Assembly (NCBI GenBank): GCA_035527895.1
Contig: DATKZQ010000017.1
Location: 3,588-67,587, forward strand
DNA length: 64,000 nt
Origin: Desulfatiglandales bacterium
Lineage (GTDB): Bacteria; Desulfobacterota; DSM-4660; Desulfatiglandales; B25-G16
Reading direction: 5' to 3'
Shown here: positions 25,539 through 34,380 of the stretch, piece after piece
Layout of the letters: the number at the start of each line of letters is the position of its first letter
How positions within the stretch are numbered: position 1 is the stretch's first letter
Made by a program: the position numbers and the translations under genes
Notes under the pieces: model-generated
The model's input: only the letters and a program-made list of their open reading frames with translations
What the model was told of the DNA's origin: nothing
Database searches by the model: none

Positions 25539-27842
25539 ATGACGGTTGTTTCCTTTTCAGCAAATGAAATAAAGGCAAACCTGCTGACGCTGTCCTTTCC
25601 CAAAGAACTTGAGCAGGCCTTTCTTGATGACTATTTTGAAAAATCGTTACGACATGTGCGCATAGCCTTGCTTTTGGGTTTCTTTTTTTACGGGATTTTC
25701 GGAATTCTCGACGCATGGCTCGTTCCAGACGTGAAGGAGACACTATGGCTTATTCGCTATGCCATTTTTTTTCCTTTTCTGCTTGGGGTATTCCTGTTCT
25801 CCTACTCCATTCATTTCAAGAAATTCATGCAGCTATCGATTGCAGGTGTAATCTTGGTAGCTGGACTGGGCATCATCGCGATGATCCTGATTGCTCCGGA
25901 TCCGGGGAGTTATCTGTATTACGCGGGCTTGATTCTGATCTTTCTTTTTGGATACACCTTTTTCAAACTCCGATTCATCTGGGCAACCGTCACAGGCTGG
26001 ACGCTCGTGATTGCCTACGAAATCTCAGCTATATGGTTGACTCAGACCCCCATTCCCATTCTGATTAACAACAACTTCTTCTTCCTTGCAGGCAATGTAA
26101 TCGGGATGTTTGCCTGTTACTCCATCGAGTTCTATTCACGTAAGGACTTCATCCAGGCCCGTCAACTGCAAGCGGAGAAGAAAAAGGTCACTGACGCCAA
26201 CCGAGAACTGGAGGAAAGAGTTGAGGAACGGACCGCACAACTCACGAGAACAAATGAGGAACTCAGGCAAGAGATAGAAGAACGCAGACGGGCACAGGAA
26301 GCACTGCACGAGAGCCAGAAACGTTACCGCGACCTCTTCGAGCAGTCCAGGGATCCAATCTTTATTAATTCGCGAGAGGGCAAACTTATTGACGTTAACC
26401 AGTCCTTTCTGGATCTGCTTGGCTATACCAAATCAGAGATAGGAAATCTCAAATCTCAAGAGACATATGCTAACCCGGATGACCGGTCCAGATTTCAGCA
26501 CGAGATAGAACAAAAGGGATCTGCCACGGACTTTGAGTTGAAATTAAGGAAGAAGGATGGCACAGAGATAGATTGCCTGCTCACTGCGACTGTGCGGAAG
26601 GCTGAAGATGGGGCAATTCTGGGATACCAGGGAATCATACGTGACATCACTGAGCACAAGCGCGCGGAAGAGGAAAGAAAGAAGCTTGAAGTCCAGCTGG
26701 CGCGAGCCCAAAGGATGGAGGCTATGGGTACGCTAGCTGGGGGTGTGGCACACGATTTCAACAATATCCTTGCAGCTATCGTCGGCTATGTGGAGCTTTC
26801 AATGCTGGATGTCGTCGAAGACACCAAAGTGAAGCACAATCTGGAAGAAGTGCTAAGGGCCGGCAAGCGGGCGAAAGACCTGGTGAACCAGATTCTTGCC
26901 TTCAGCCGGCAAAGCCGAAATGAGCTGAAACCCGTGGAGATTACCCCGGTTGTGAAAGAGGCCTTAAAGCTCTTGAGGGCCTCTTTACCTACCACTATTG
27001 AGATCCGCCACCACGTGGAGCCTGATACCGGGACTATAGAGGCGGATCCTACCCAGATCCATCAGGTTCTCATGAACCTTTGCACCAATGCGGCCCATGC
27101 CATGAGTGAGGAAGGCGGGCTGTTGGAGGTGAGTGTCACAAAGGTTGCTATAGATGCCTCTGCTGCACCGCTGAATTTAGATATAGATTCGGGACCGTAT
27201 CTGAAGATGTCCGTACGTGATACCGGTCATGGGATGACTTCTAAGGTATTGGAAAGGATCTTCGATCCCTATTTTACCACCAAGGAGAAGGGCAAGGGAA
27301 CCGGACTGGGATTGGCGGTGGTACACGGCATTGTGAAGAGCCACAAGGGCGGCATTGGTGTGGAGAGTGAGCCCGGGAGTGGAACATGCTTTCATGTATA
27401 CTTTCCGAGGATAGAGCAAAAGAAAGAGCTGACCGACACCGAGACTGTCCAACCCTTTCCCACAGGGCACGAGTGTGTGCTTTTCGTAGACGATGAGCAG
27501 GATCTGGTGCAGATAGCGGCGCAGATGTTATCTCATCTCGGGTATGAGGTCACAACAAGAATGAGCAGCAACGAGGCCTTGGAGTTGTTCCGCGTAAACC
27601 CAGAGCGGTTCGATCTGGTTATTACCGACATGACCATGCCGAATATGACGGGAGATACGCTGTCCAAAGAACTCATGAAGATTCGCCGCGACATCCCAAT
27701 TATACTGTGCACCGGATTCAGTGAACGTATCAGTGAGGAGAAGGCAAAGGCTATAGGGATTAAGGAATTCGTCATGAAACCCCTTGCGATGGGCGATCTT
27801 GCCAAGCGAGTACGAAAGGTGCTGGACAACGAGCGCTTTTAA
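25539..27842 (+). CDS. Hybrid sensor histidine kinase (multi-TM sensor, coiled coil, PAS, HisKA, HATPase, receiver)
   Basis: H-box GGVAHDFNNIL, N-box LMNLCTNAAHAM, G-boxes VRDTGHGM and GTGLGLAVV, and a receiver domain (VLFVDDE...LVITDMTMPNMTG). Confidence 0.9.
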   Translation: MTVVSFSANEIKANLLTLSFPKELEQAFLDDYFEKSLRHVRIALLLGFFFYGIFGILDAWLVPDVKETLWLIRYAIFFPFLLGVFLFSYSIHFKKFMQLSIAGVILVAGLGIIAMILIAPDPGSYLYYAGLILIFLFGYTFFKLRFIWATVTGWTLVIAYEISAIWLTQTPIPILINNNFFFLAGNVIGMFACYSIEFYSRKDFIQARQLQAEKKKVTDANRELEERVEERTAQLTRTNEELRQEIEERRRAQEALHESQKRYRDLFEQSRDPIFINSREGKLIDVNQSFLDLLGYTKSEIGNLKSQETYANPDDRSRFQHEIEQKGSATDFELKLRKKDGTEIDCLLTATVRKAEDGAILGYQGIIRDITEHKRAEEERKKLEVQLARAQRMEAMGTLAGGVAHDFNNILAAIVGYVELSMLDVVEDTKVKHNLEEVLRAGKRAKDLVNQILAFSRQSRNELKPVEITPVVKEALKLLRASLPTTIEIRHHVEPDTGTIEADPTQIHQVLMNLCTNAAHAMSEEGGLLEVSVTKVAIDASAAPLNLDIDSGPYLKMSVRDTGHGMTSKVLERIFDPYFTTKEKGKGTGLGLAVVHGIVKSHKGGIGVESEPGSGTCFHVYFPRIEQKKELTDTETVQPFPTGHECVLFVDDEQDLVQIAAQMLSHLGYEVTTRMSSNEALELFRVNPERFDLVITDMTMPNMTGDTLSKELMKIRRDIPIILCTGFSERISEEKAKAIGIKEFVMKPLAMGDLAKRVRKVLDNERF

Positions 27843-27948
27843 GCCCAGCTGCATTTTGTCAGTCATCCCCATAGCTCAAACGCGGTTTCTCTTACCTCCA
27901 TTTTGCCGTTTACCCGTACCTTTCCTGCTGCCGCGGCCTGTGAAGTAC

Positions 27949-28028
27949 GAGGGACGGTCATGAATTTATACCATTATTCCTGTTAGAGTGTGGTTTTTGA
28001 GAAAATTATATTTTCATGACCGTCCCTC
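27949..28028. repeat. 16-bp perfect inverted repeat with a 48-nt spacer in a convergent intergenic region
   Basis: GAGGGACGGTCATGAA (27949-27964) / TTCATGACCGTCCCTC (28013-28028). Confidence 0.6.
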
Positions 28029-28231
28029 ATCTCTTCATAGATAAGGACATATGGCCGTTACCTTACAATATCTTGCACAAGATCGGTCAGATAGCATCTT
28101 TTCCCCAATAGATTTACCACCTGAACAGCAAAAAACCATAGGATCACAGCAGAAAAGACCTCATCGCCATCCCGATGGTGCAGATTGTTTGATGCTCTCA
28201 GCTTTATGTCCTAAAGTTGTGATACGATCTC

Positions 28232-29002
28232 CTAAACACCATCGTTGTCAAACCGAATATTACAAACCGACAGCAATCGTTCTTTCATCTCCTCGTAGCC
28301 CTGTTCCATCAACGGCTCGAGGTCAACAATATCTGCGGTGTTGTACTGGATAAGGCGATCCAAAGCTCCCTTATCTCCGTGCTGGTAGGCGTGCCACAGC
28401 AAAACGGCGGCATACCCGTCTAATCCATCGACATCCGAGTCGCGAGAAAGGCCGAAGGATTTTTCAATTACCTTCAGCCCACCTGTGTACCCCAGTTTCT
28501 TCAAAAAAAACCGAAGGTCGATATGAGCGGGGGGGAGGGCTATGTTCGGGAACTGGCGCCTGATGAACGGCAGATCAAACTGCGAGCCGTTGAAGGTGAC
28601 GATCAGCTCATAGGGAGCTATTGCGGTTTCGAATTCATCTAGATTGATGCCCTGCACAAAGGTCTTTACCCTGTGGCCGTCGTAGATGCCGATGACGGTG
28701 ATCTCATCAACACCCTGGTACAGGCCGCTCGTTTCAATATCCAGGTACACGGCCCTGTGCCTGAACCTGCTGAACAAACGCCACGTGTCCGATGGAGAAA
28801 GCCTTTCCACGAAAAAGCGGATATTGCCCCTGTTTTCCAGGGACGCCTCCAGGTTTTGACGCACAAGGGTGGCCCGTCCCTGAGAAAGGGGTATTTCCTC
28901 ATGCATGAGAAAATCTCTCCAGGTGAGGATGCCCTTTTCCCAGAGAGATTGCTCGGTTTTCGGGCCGATGCCGGGAATATGGACAAAGGTGTGCTCCAGC
29001 AA
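28232..29002 (-). CDS. RNase H-like (YprB-type) exonuclease domain protein
   Basis: AVYLDIETSG (DxE), TFNGSQFDLPF and YNTADIV are DEDD-like motifs. Confidence 0.65.
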   Translation of the reverse strand: MLEHTFVHIPGIGPKTEQSLWEKGILTWRDFLMHEEIPLSQGRATLVRQNLEASLENRGNIRFFVERLSPSDTWRLFSRFRHRAVYLDIETSGLYQGVDEITVIGIYDGHRVKTFVQGINLDEFETAIAPYELIVTFNGSQFDLPFIRRQFPNIALPPAHIDLRFFLKKLGYTGGLKVIEKSFGLSRDSDVDGLDGYAAVLLWHAYQHGDKGALDRLIQYNTADIVDLEPLMEQGYEEMKERLLSVCNIRFDNDGV

Positions 29003-29017
29003 AAGCGTCCCCCCTTC

Positions 29018-29749
29018 TTACTGGTCTATCGCGCCAAGGCCCCCGAGGTTATTGAGGGGTGTGCCATGTCCGGGATAGATGTGTGCAACTGTCAACGGCA
29101 GAAGTCTCTGAAAGGAACCCTTGATTGCAGTACGGTCGCAACAGAAACTGTTTAACTTGCACCTGCCCCCGGTGCTGAGGATGGTGTCTCCGGTGAGGAG
29201 CGTTTTTTCCTGCCTGTTGTAAAAGCAGACGCTATCGGTGGTGTGCCCGGGAGTTGCAATCAGCTCCCAGTGGGGCAGATACGGCACCGGCTGCCCTTCG
29301 CAGAGGATACAGGCGGCATGATAGCGTGATGGAAGCCATGTTCTCAGCACGGGCAGTGGAATCCCAACCCTATCGCTTACGAGGGCAGCGACGGTATTTC
29401 TGATATGACCATCCAGGGCCATGAACACGGTAAGCCTGTTGAGCCACAGGGAGGGCGAGATAAGGCAGAGCTTACTCTTTCTCTTGAGGTACTCGCCGAC
29501 GGTCTTGAAAAAGCAGACCTCGATTTCGGGAAACAGATCCACGAGCCGTGATATGCCGGCCACGTGGTCTATGTGAAAATGAGTGGCCGTAACCAGTTTC
29601 AGGCGGGAGGTGTCTAAAGAACGACGGTTGAAGTACTGTAATATCCTGCTGGCGGCAGCGGCTGTGCCGACATCAACAGCCACGCAGGAATCACCATCCT
29701 CTATCAGGTAGGTATTGGCATAACCACCTCTGATACTGTGAACGGGCAT
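29018..29749 (-). CDS. MBL-fold metallo-hydrolase
   Basis: TATHFHIDHVAG (HxHxDH) and TPGHT. Confidence 0.75.
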   Translation of the reverse strand: MPVHSIRGGYANTYLIEDGDSCVAVDVGTAAAASRILQYFNRRSLDTSRLKLVTATHFHIDHVAGISRLVDLFPEIEVCFFKTVGEYLKRKSKLCLISPSLWLNRLTVFMALDGHIRNTVAALVSDRVGIPLPVLRTWLPSRYHAACILCEGQPVPYLPHWELIATPGHTTDSVCFYNRQEKTLLTGDTILSTGGRCKLNSFCCDRTAIKGSFQRLLPLTVAHIYPGHGTPLNNLGGLGAIDQ

Positions 29750-29764
29750 TCTCCTTTCAATCCA

Positions 29765-32413
29765 TCAGCCAGAGGTGTGTCCGGCAATCATATCGAATAC
29801 CTGAGCGAGGGCAGCTTTCAGCTCAGATACCTTTGTTCCGCCACCCTCGGCCATGTCTTTTCTTCCGCCGCCTTTCCCGCCCACCAATGTGGAAAGGGAC
29901 CGTATGATCTCCCCGGCGTTGAACCTGCCAGTCAGATCAGGTGTGACCCGACATTGCAGAAAGACCTTGTTCTTATCCCTGGCGCCAAGCACGATTATGC
30001 CGGATTTCAATCTATCCTTGATGTGGTCGCCAAACTCCCGTAAGTCTTTGGGATTGGCCGCCGAAACCTCCTGGCTGATAACTCTGATGCCGTCTATTTT
30101 CCGGGCGGTTGTAATGAGATCCTCTGACTGCACGGCAGCCAGCCTCGCCTTGAGGGATTCGATCTCGCGATCTCTTTCTTTTTGTGCCTCCAAAAGATGC
30201 TCAACCCTGGAGACAAGTTGATCAGGAGTAGTCTTGAGGAGGCTCGATACCGTTTTCAGTTTGTCCTCCTCTTCTTGGATCTCTCTGACCGCGCCCTCTC
30301 CGGTAAAACCCTCTATTCTCCTAACACCGGATGCAACCGCCCCCTCACCGGCAATCATGAAGACACCTATTTCTCCCGTTGACTTGGAGTGAGTTCCTCC
30401 GCAGAGCTCGCGGCTCAGACCATCGCCGATTGTCAAAACCCGCACCTGATCACCGTACCGTTCTTCGAACAGGGCAATCGCATCCAGCTTGAAGGCCTCA
30501 TCTCGATCCAATATGAGCGTGGTTACGGGCAGGTTCTTTTGTATGTTGAGATTTACCGTCATCTCAACTTCTCTCAATCTCTCGGGCGGTATCTGGGCGA
30601 AGTGGGTAAAGTCGAATCTCATCCTATCGGGACCTACGTAAGATCCGGCCTGTTTAACGTGTTCCCCCAGGGTCTCTCTTAATGCAGCCTGAAGGAGATG
30701 GGTCGCTGTATGGTTGTGAGCAATATTGTTTCGCCTCTTCTCATCCACCGCAGCGTCAACGGTATCTCCCTGCTTAACAACACCATCAATTACCCTTCCC
30801 CTGTGAACAATCAGGTTCGTGGGGTAGCGGAGCGTCTCAAGGATTTCAACCCGACAGGTTTCGGTTGCAACCCATCCGGTATCACCGACTTGACCGCCGG
30901 CTTCTCCATAAAAGGGGGTCTGATCGAGCACGATCTCTATCTGATCCCCACCCTGTGCCGATTCGGCCTCATTACCATCTTCGAGGAGCGCAAGGATCTT
31001 TCCCCGGGCCACGAGCGTTTCATATCCCAAGAACTGGCATATTACCCCGCTCGAATCAAGCCTCCGGTAAACCTCGGGTATTTCCTCTTCTCCGCTTCCC
31101 TTCCAGCTTCTCTGAGAGGCGGCTCTTTGTTCTGACATAGCGTGTTCAAATCCCTCGAGGTCAACCTGAAGATCCTCGTCTCGCGCTATGTCTCCTACAA
31201 GGTCTGGGGGAAAACCATAGGTGTCATAGAGCTTGAATACCAGGCCTCCGGGAATGGAGGATTGTCCCTTTGCCCGCAATTCATCCATCTCATCTTTCAA
31301 CAGGGAGAGACCGTGGATCAGGGTGTCTTCAAATCTCTTCTCCTCATTGATGACCACTTCATCAATGAATCTCCTCGATTGCTCGAGCTCCGGATAGTCG
31401 GGGCCCATTACGGTAACCACCGTGTCGGTTAGACGGTGGAGAAAGGGGCCCTTGAGCCCAATGATTTGCCCGTATCTGAGCGCACGCCTGATGATCCGGC
31501 GGACCACGTAGCCCCTGCCCTCATTTGACGGCATGATGCCGTCGGCTATCAAGAATGCCAGTGCCCGGCTGTGATCTGCAAGCACGCGGAAGGAGATATC
31601 GGCCTTAGCATCCCGGCCATACGTAGAGCCTGCCAGCTCCTCGGTAAGCCTCATAACATTGTCGAAGAGGTCGGTATCGTAGTTTGAGCAGACACCCTGG
31701 AGGACCGCTGACAATCTCTCCAGACCCATGCCGGTGTCGATATTCTGTTTCGGAAGGGGTGTAAGGGTCCCCTCCGAGTCTCTGTTAAACTGCATGAACA
31801 CCAGGTTCCATAACTCCAAATACCTGTCGCAGTCGCACCCTACCTTGCAGGTGGGCTTACCGCAGCCTGCCTCAGGACCCTGGTCGAAATAGATCTCCGA
31901 GCATGGGCCGCAAGGACCGGTGTCTCCCATAGACCAGAAGTTGTCTTCCTCGCCGAATCTGCTGATCTTTTCTTGGGGCACGCCGATTTTCTGGTTCCAG
32001 ATCTTATATGCTTCGTCATCGTCCGTGTATACGGAGACCCAGAGTTTATCTTCCAGTAAGCCGTACCCCGCGGTCAAAAGCTCCCAGCCCATCTCGATTG
32101 CTCCTTCTTTGAAATAATCCCCGAAGGAGAAATTACCGAGCATTTCAAAGAAGGTGTGGTGTCTGTTGGTATATCCTACCTCATCGAGATCGTTATGTTT
32201 TCCTCCAGCCCTGACACATTTTTGGGAGCTCGTTGCCCTCGTGTATCCCCTCTGCTCAAAGCCAAGAAACAGGGTCTTGAACGGAACCATGCCGGCATTG
32301 GTAAAAAGCAGGGTAGGGTCGTCTTTGGGAACCAGTGAGGCGCTTTTTACGATCTCATGGCCATGATCCTTAAAGTACTGCAAAAACTTCTCTCTAATGC
32401 TTCTGCTCTCCAT
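29765..32413 (-). CDS. alaS: Alanine--tRNA ligase
   Basis: An 882-aa protein containing FLQYFKDHGHEIV, FTNAGMVPFK, RHHTFFEMLGNFSFGDYFK and the HTATHLL editing-domain motif. Confidence 0.95.
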   Translation of the reverse strand: MESRSIREKFLQYFKDHGHEIVKSASLVPKDDPTLLFTNAGMVPFKTLFLGFEQRGYTRATSSQKCVRAGGKHNDLDEVGYTNRHHTFFEMLGNFSFGDYFKEGAIEMGWELLTAGYGLLEDKLWVSVYTDDDEAYKIWNQKIGVPQEKISRFGEEDNFWSMGDTGPCGPCSEIYFDQGPEAGCGKPTCKVGCDCDRYLELWNLVFMQFNRDSEGTLTPLPKQNIDTGMGLERLSAVLQGVCSNYDTDLFDNVMRLTEELAGSTYGRDAKADISFRVLADHSRALAFLIADGIMPSNEGRGYVVRRIIRRALRYGQIIGLKGPFLHRLTDTVVTVMGPDYPELEQSRRFIDEVVINEEKRFEDTLIHGLSLLKDEMDELRAKGQSSIPGGLVFKLYDTYGFPPDLVGDIARDEDLQVDLEGFEHAMSEQRAASQRSWKGSGEEEIPEVYRRLDSSGVICQFLGYETLVARGKILALLEDGNEAESAQGGDQIEIVLDQTPFYGEAGGQVGDTGWVATETCRVEILETLRYPTNLIVHRGRVIDGVVKQGDTVDAAVDEKRRNNIAHNHTATHLLQAALRETLGEHVKQAGSYVGPDRMRFDFTHFAQIPPERLREVEMTVNLNIQKNLPVTTLILDRDEAFKLDAIALFEERYGDQVRVLTIGDGLSRELCGGTHSKSTGEIGVFMIAGEGAVASGVRRIEGFTGEGAVREIQEEEDKLKTVSSLLKTTPDQLVSRVEHLLEAQKERDREIESLKARLAAVQSEDLITTARKIDGIRVISQEVSAANPKDLREFGDHIKDRLKSGIIVLGARDKNKVFLQCRVTPDLTGRFNAGEIIRSLSTLVGGKGGGRKDMAEGGGTKVSELKAALAQVFDMIAGHTSG

Positions 32414-32428
32414 AGGTCGTCGACTGTA

Positions 32429-33472
32429 TTATTCTTGTGAGTTATCGGTGTTGGTCTGGGGGGCGCCTTGTTTTTCACCGAGGCCGAGTTTCTCTTTTAC
32501 CCGAACGGAGATATCACTCGTAATATCCGGGTGTTCGCTCAAAAACCTCCGAACGTTCTCTCTCCCTTGCCCAATCCTTTCCTCGTTGAATGAGTACCAC
32601 GAGCCGCTTTTCTCAACGATGTCTAATTCAACCCCGAGGTCCAGCAGGTCTCCTTCCTTTGATATACCGGTGCCATAGATGATATCGAACTCAGCCTGCC
32701 TGAAGGGAGGGGCGACCTTATTCTTGACTACCTTTACACGTGTTCTGTTGCCTACTGTCTTATCACCTTCCTGAATCACGGCTATCTTTCGGATGTCGAG
32801 ACGCTGGGTGGCATAGAATTTGAGCGCATTTCCGCCGCTTGTGGTCTCCGGATTTCCAAACATCACGCCGATCTTCATCCGTATCTGATTAATGAAAATA
32901 ACGCATGTCATCGATCGGTTAATGCTGGCCGCCAGTTTTCTGAGGGCCTTAGACATGAGCCGTGCCTGGAGTCCCACCTGTTGATCTCCCATTTCCCCCT
33001 CTATCTCGGCCCGAGGAACGAGGGCTGCAACCGAGTCGATTACTAATGCGTCTATGGCCCCACTTCGCACCAGGATTTCGGCGATATCCAGCGCCTGCTC
33101 ACCGTTGTCGGGCTGGGATACGAGAAGGGAATCTATATTTACGCCGAGCCTCTTGGCATAGGAAAGATCGAGGGCGTGTTCAGCATCTATGAAGGCAACA
33201 ATTCCGTCTTTGGCCTGTGCCTCTGCAACGATGTGCAAGGCCAACGTCGTCTTTCCCGAGGACTCAGGGCCATAGATCTCTACCACTCGTCCCCGTGGTA
33301 CGCCGCCCACGCCAAGGGCGTAATCGAGGGCAAGTGAGCCCGTGGAAATGACCGGAATGTCTATCACAGCCCCGGCTTGCCCCAGCTTCATTATGGAGCC
33401 TTTACCGAATTGCTTTTCGATTTGTGAAATGGCGAGACCGACAGACTTTTCCTTTTCCGAATCTACTGCCAT
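32429..33472 (-). CDS. recA: Recombinase RecA
   Basis: [29 protein letters not shown] and [29 protein letters not shown]. Confidence 0.97.
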   Translation of the reverse strand: MAVDSEKEKSVGLAISQIEKQFGKGSIMKLGQAGAVIDIPVISTGSLALDYALGVGGVPRGRVVEIYGPESSGKTTLALHIVAEAQAKDGIVAFIDAEHALDLSYAKRLGVNIDSLLVSQPDNGEQALDIAEILVRSGAIDALVIDSVAALVPRAEIEGEMGDQQVGLQARLMSKALRKLAASINRSMTCVIFINQIRMKIGVMFGNPETTSGGNALKFYATQRLDIRKIAVIQEGDKTVGNRTRVKVVKNKVAPPFRQAEFDIIYGTGISKEGDLLDLGVELDIVEKSGSWYSFNEERIGQGRENVRRFLSEHPDITSDISVRVKEKLGLGEKQGAPQTNTDNSQE

Positions 33473-33505
33473 AATATGCCTCCCTTTTGTAAGACCTGTT
33501 TACTG

Positions 33506-33805
33506 GTAACACGTTAGCTCTTTGAAATTAACCTCAACCCGAGCATGGGGGTATCTTTTTTTGACTCTGTCCTCCCATCGTTCAGAGCAGTGGGCGTTTC
33601 AAAACGGCGCACGCAGGCTGCTACCTTAGTGCTAAGGCTTACGGGGCGGTGCGTCGGTTTGAAACGGCCCTGTACGGGGCCTTGTTTAGAGGACAGAGCA
33701 AAAAAAGATACCCCCATGCTCGGTCCCCTGGGTTCTGTTATGAATAGCCACTGGGCATCAGCAAATGGACAGGAGCGCTACCTTTTCAAAGAGCTAACGT
33801 GTTAC
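33506..33805. repeat. Nested palindromic structure between thpR and recA: an outer 22-bp inverted repeat enclosing a 175-bp long-hairpin element (33544..33718)
   Basis: The outer arms are GTAACACGTTAGCTCTTTGAAA / TTTCAAAGAGCTAACGTGTTAC. The inner element runs CATGGGGGTATCTTTTTTTGACTCTGTCCTC...GAGGACAGAGCAAAAAAAGATACCCCCATG, with apex CCTTAGTGCTAAGG. Confidence 0.8.
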
Positions 33806-33807
33806 AT

Positions 33808-34380
33808 TTACAGTATTTTCAATGGCCAAGCGGCCATCTTTGTATGAACTGGTCCGGCCGGTCTAAGGTCACTCTTGAAAAGAATCAGTTCCTTCAGGTA
33901 ATCCTCGTCACTAGTAATATCATGAAATCTGTCAAGAATCCATTTCAATTCCTCGCCCCGGTTCACTGTACCTTTGAACCGGCCCAACGTCAGGTGTGGC
34001 CTGAAAGGCCTATTTTCCGGCTTGAAACCGAGCTCCTCTAATGCCGCCTGCAGTTCATCCCGCAGGTCTGACAGGCCCCCTATTTCACCATCAAGGCCAA
34101 TCCACAATACCCGTGGTCTCCTCCAGTTGGGGAATACGCCTACCCTGTTGAGCCTGATCTGGAAGGCGGAGAACCTCTCGGCAATTGAGCCGGCCTTTTG
34201 CTTTACGCCGGCTATGGTTTCCTCCGTAACAGGGCCAAGAAAGACGATTGTGAGATGAATATTTTCTACCTTAACCCACCTCACGGGCAAACGTGATTGC
34301 TGCAATTCTTTAGAGATCTCCCCAACCTGCTCTTTGATCTGGAGGGGAAGTTCAAATGCCAGGAATGAACGGATGCCCAT
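33808..34380 (-). CDS. thpR: RNA 2',3'-cyclic phosphodiesterase (2H family, ThpR/LigT)
   Basis: Two HxTx motifs: HLTIVFLG and HLTLGRF. Confidence 0.8.
   Translation of the reverse strand: MGIRSFLAFELPLQIKEQVGEISKELQQSRLPVRWVKVENIHLTIVFLGPVTEETIAGVKQKAGSIAERFSAFQIRLNRVGVFPNWRRPRVLWIGLDGEIGGLSDLRDELQAALEELGFKPENRPFRPHLTLGRFKGTVNRGEELKWILDRFHDITSDEDYLKELILFKSDLRPAGPVHTKMAAWPLKIL

Noticed and set aside
33491-33510. A possible LexA/SOS box (CTGTTTACTGGTAACA) upstream of recA.
   Set aside because: Only one half-site matches the CTGT-N8-ACAG type, and the LexA motif for this lineage is unknown to me.
33545-33847. A 100-aa ORF (MGVSFFDSVL...) similar to the ORF at 62858..63058.
   Set aside because: Both lie inside the long-hairpin repeat. 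The palindromic DNA yields similar peptides on either strand, and there is no coding signal.
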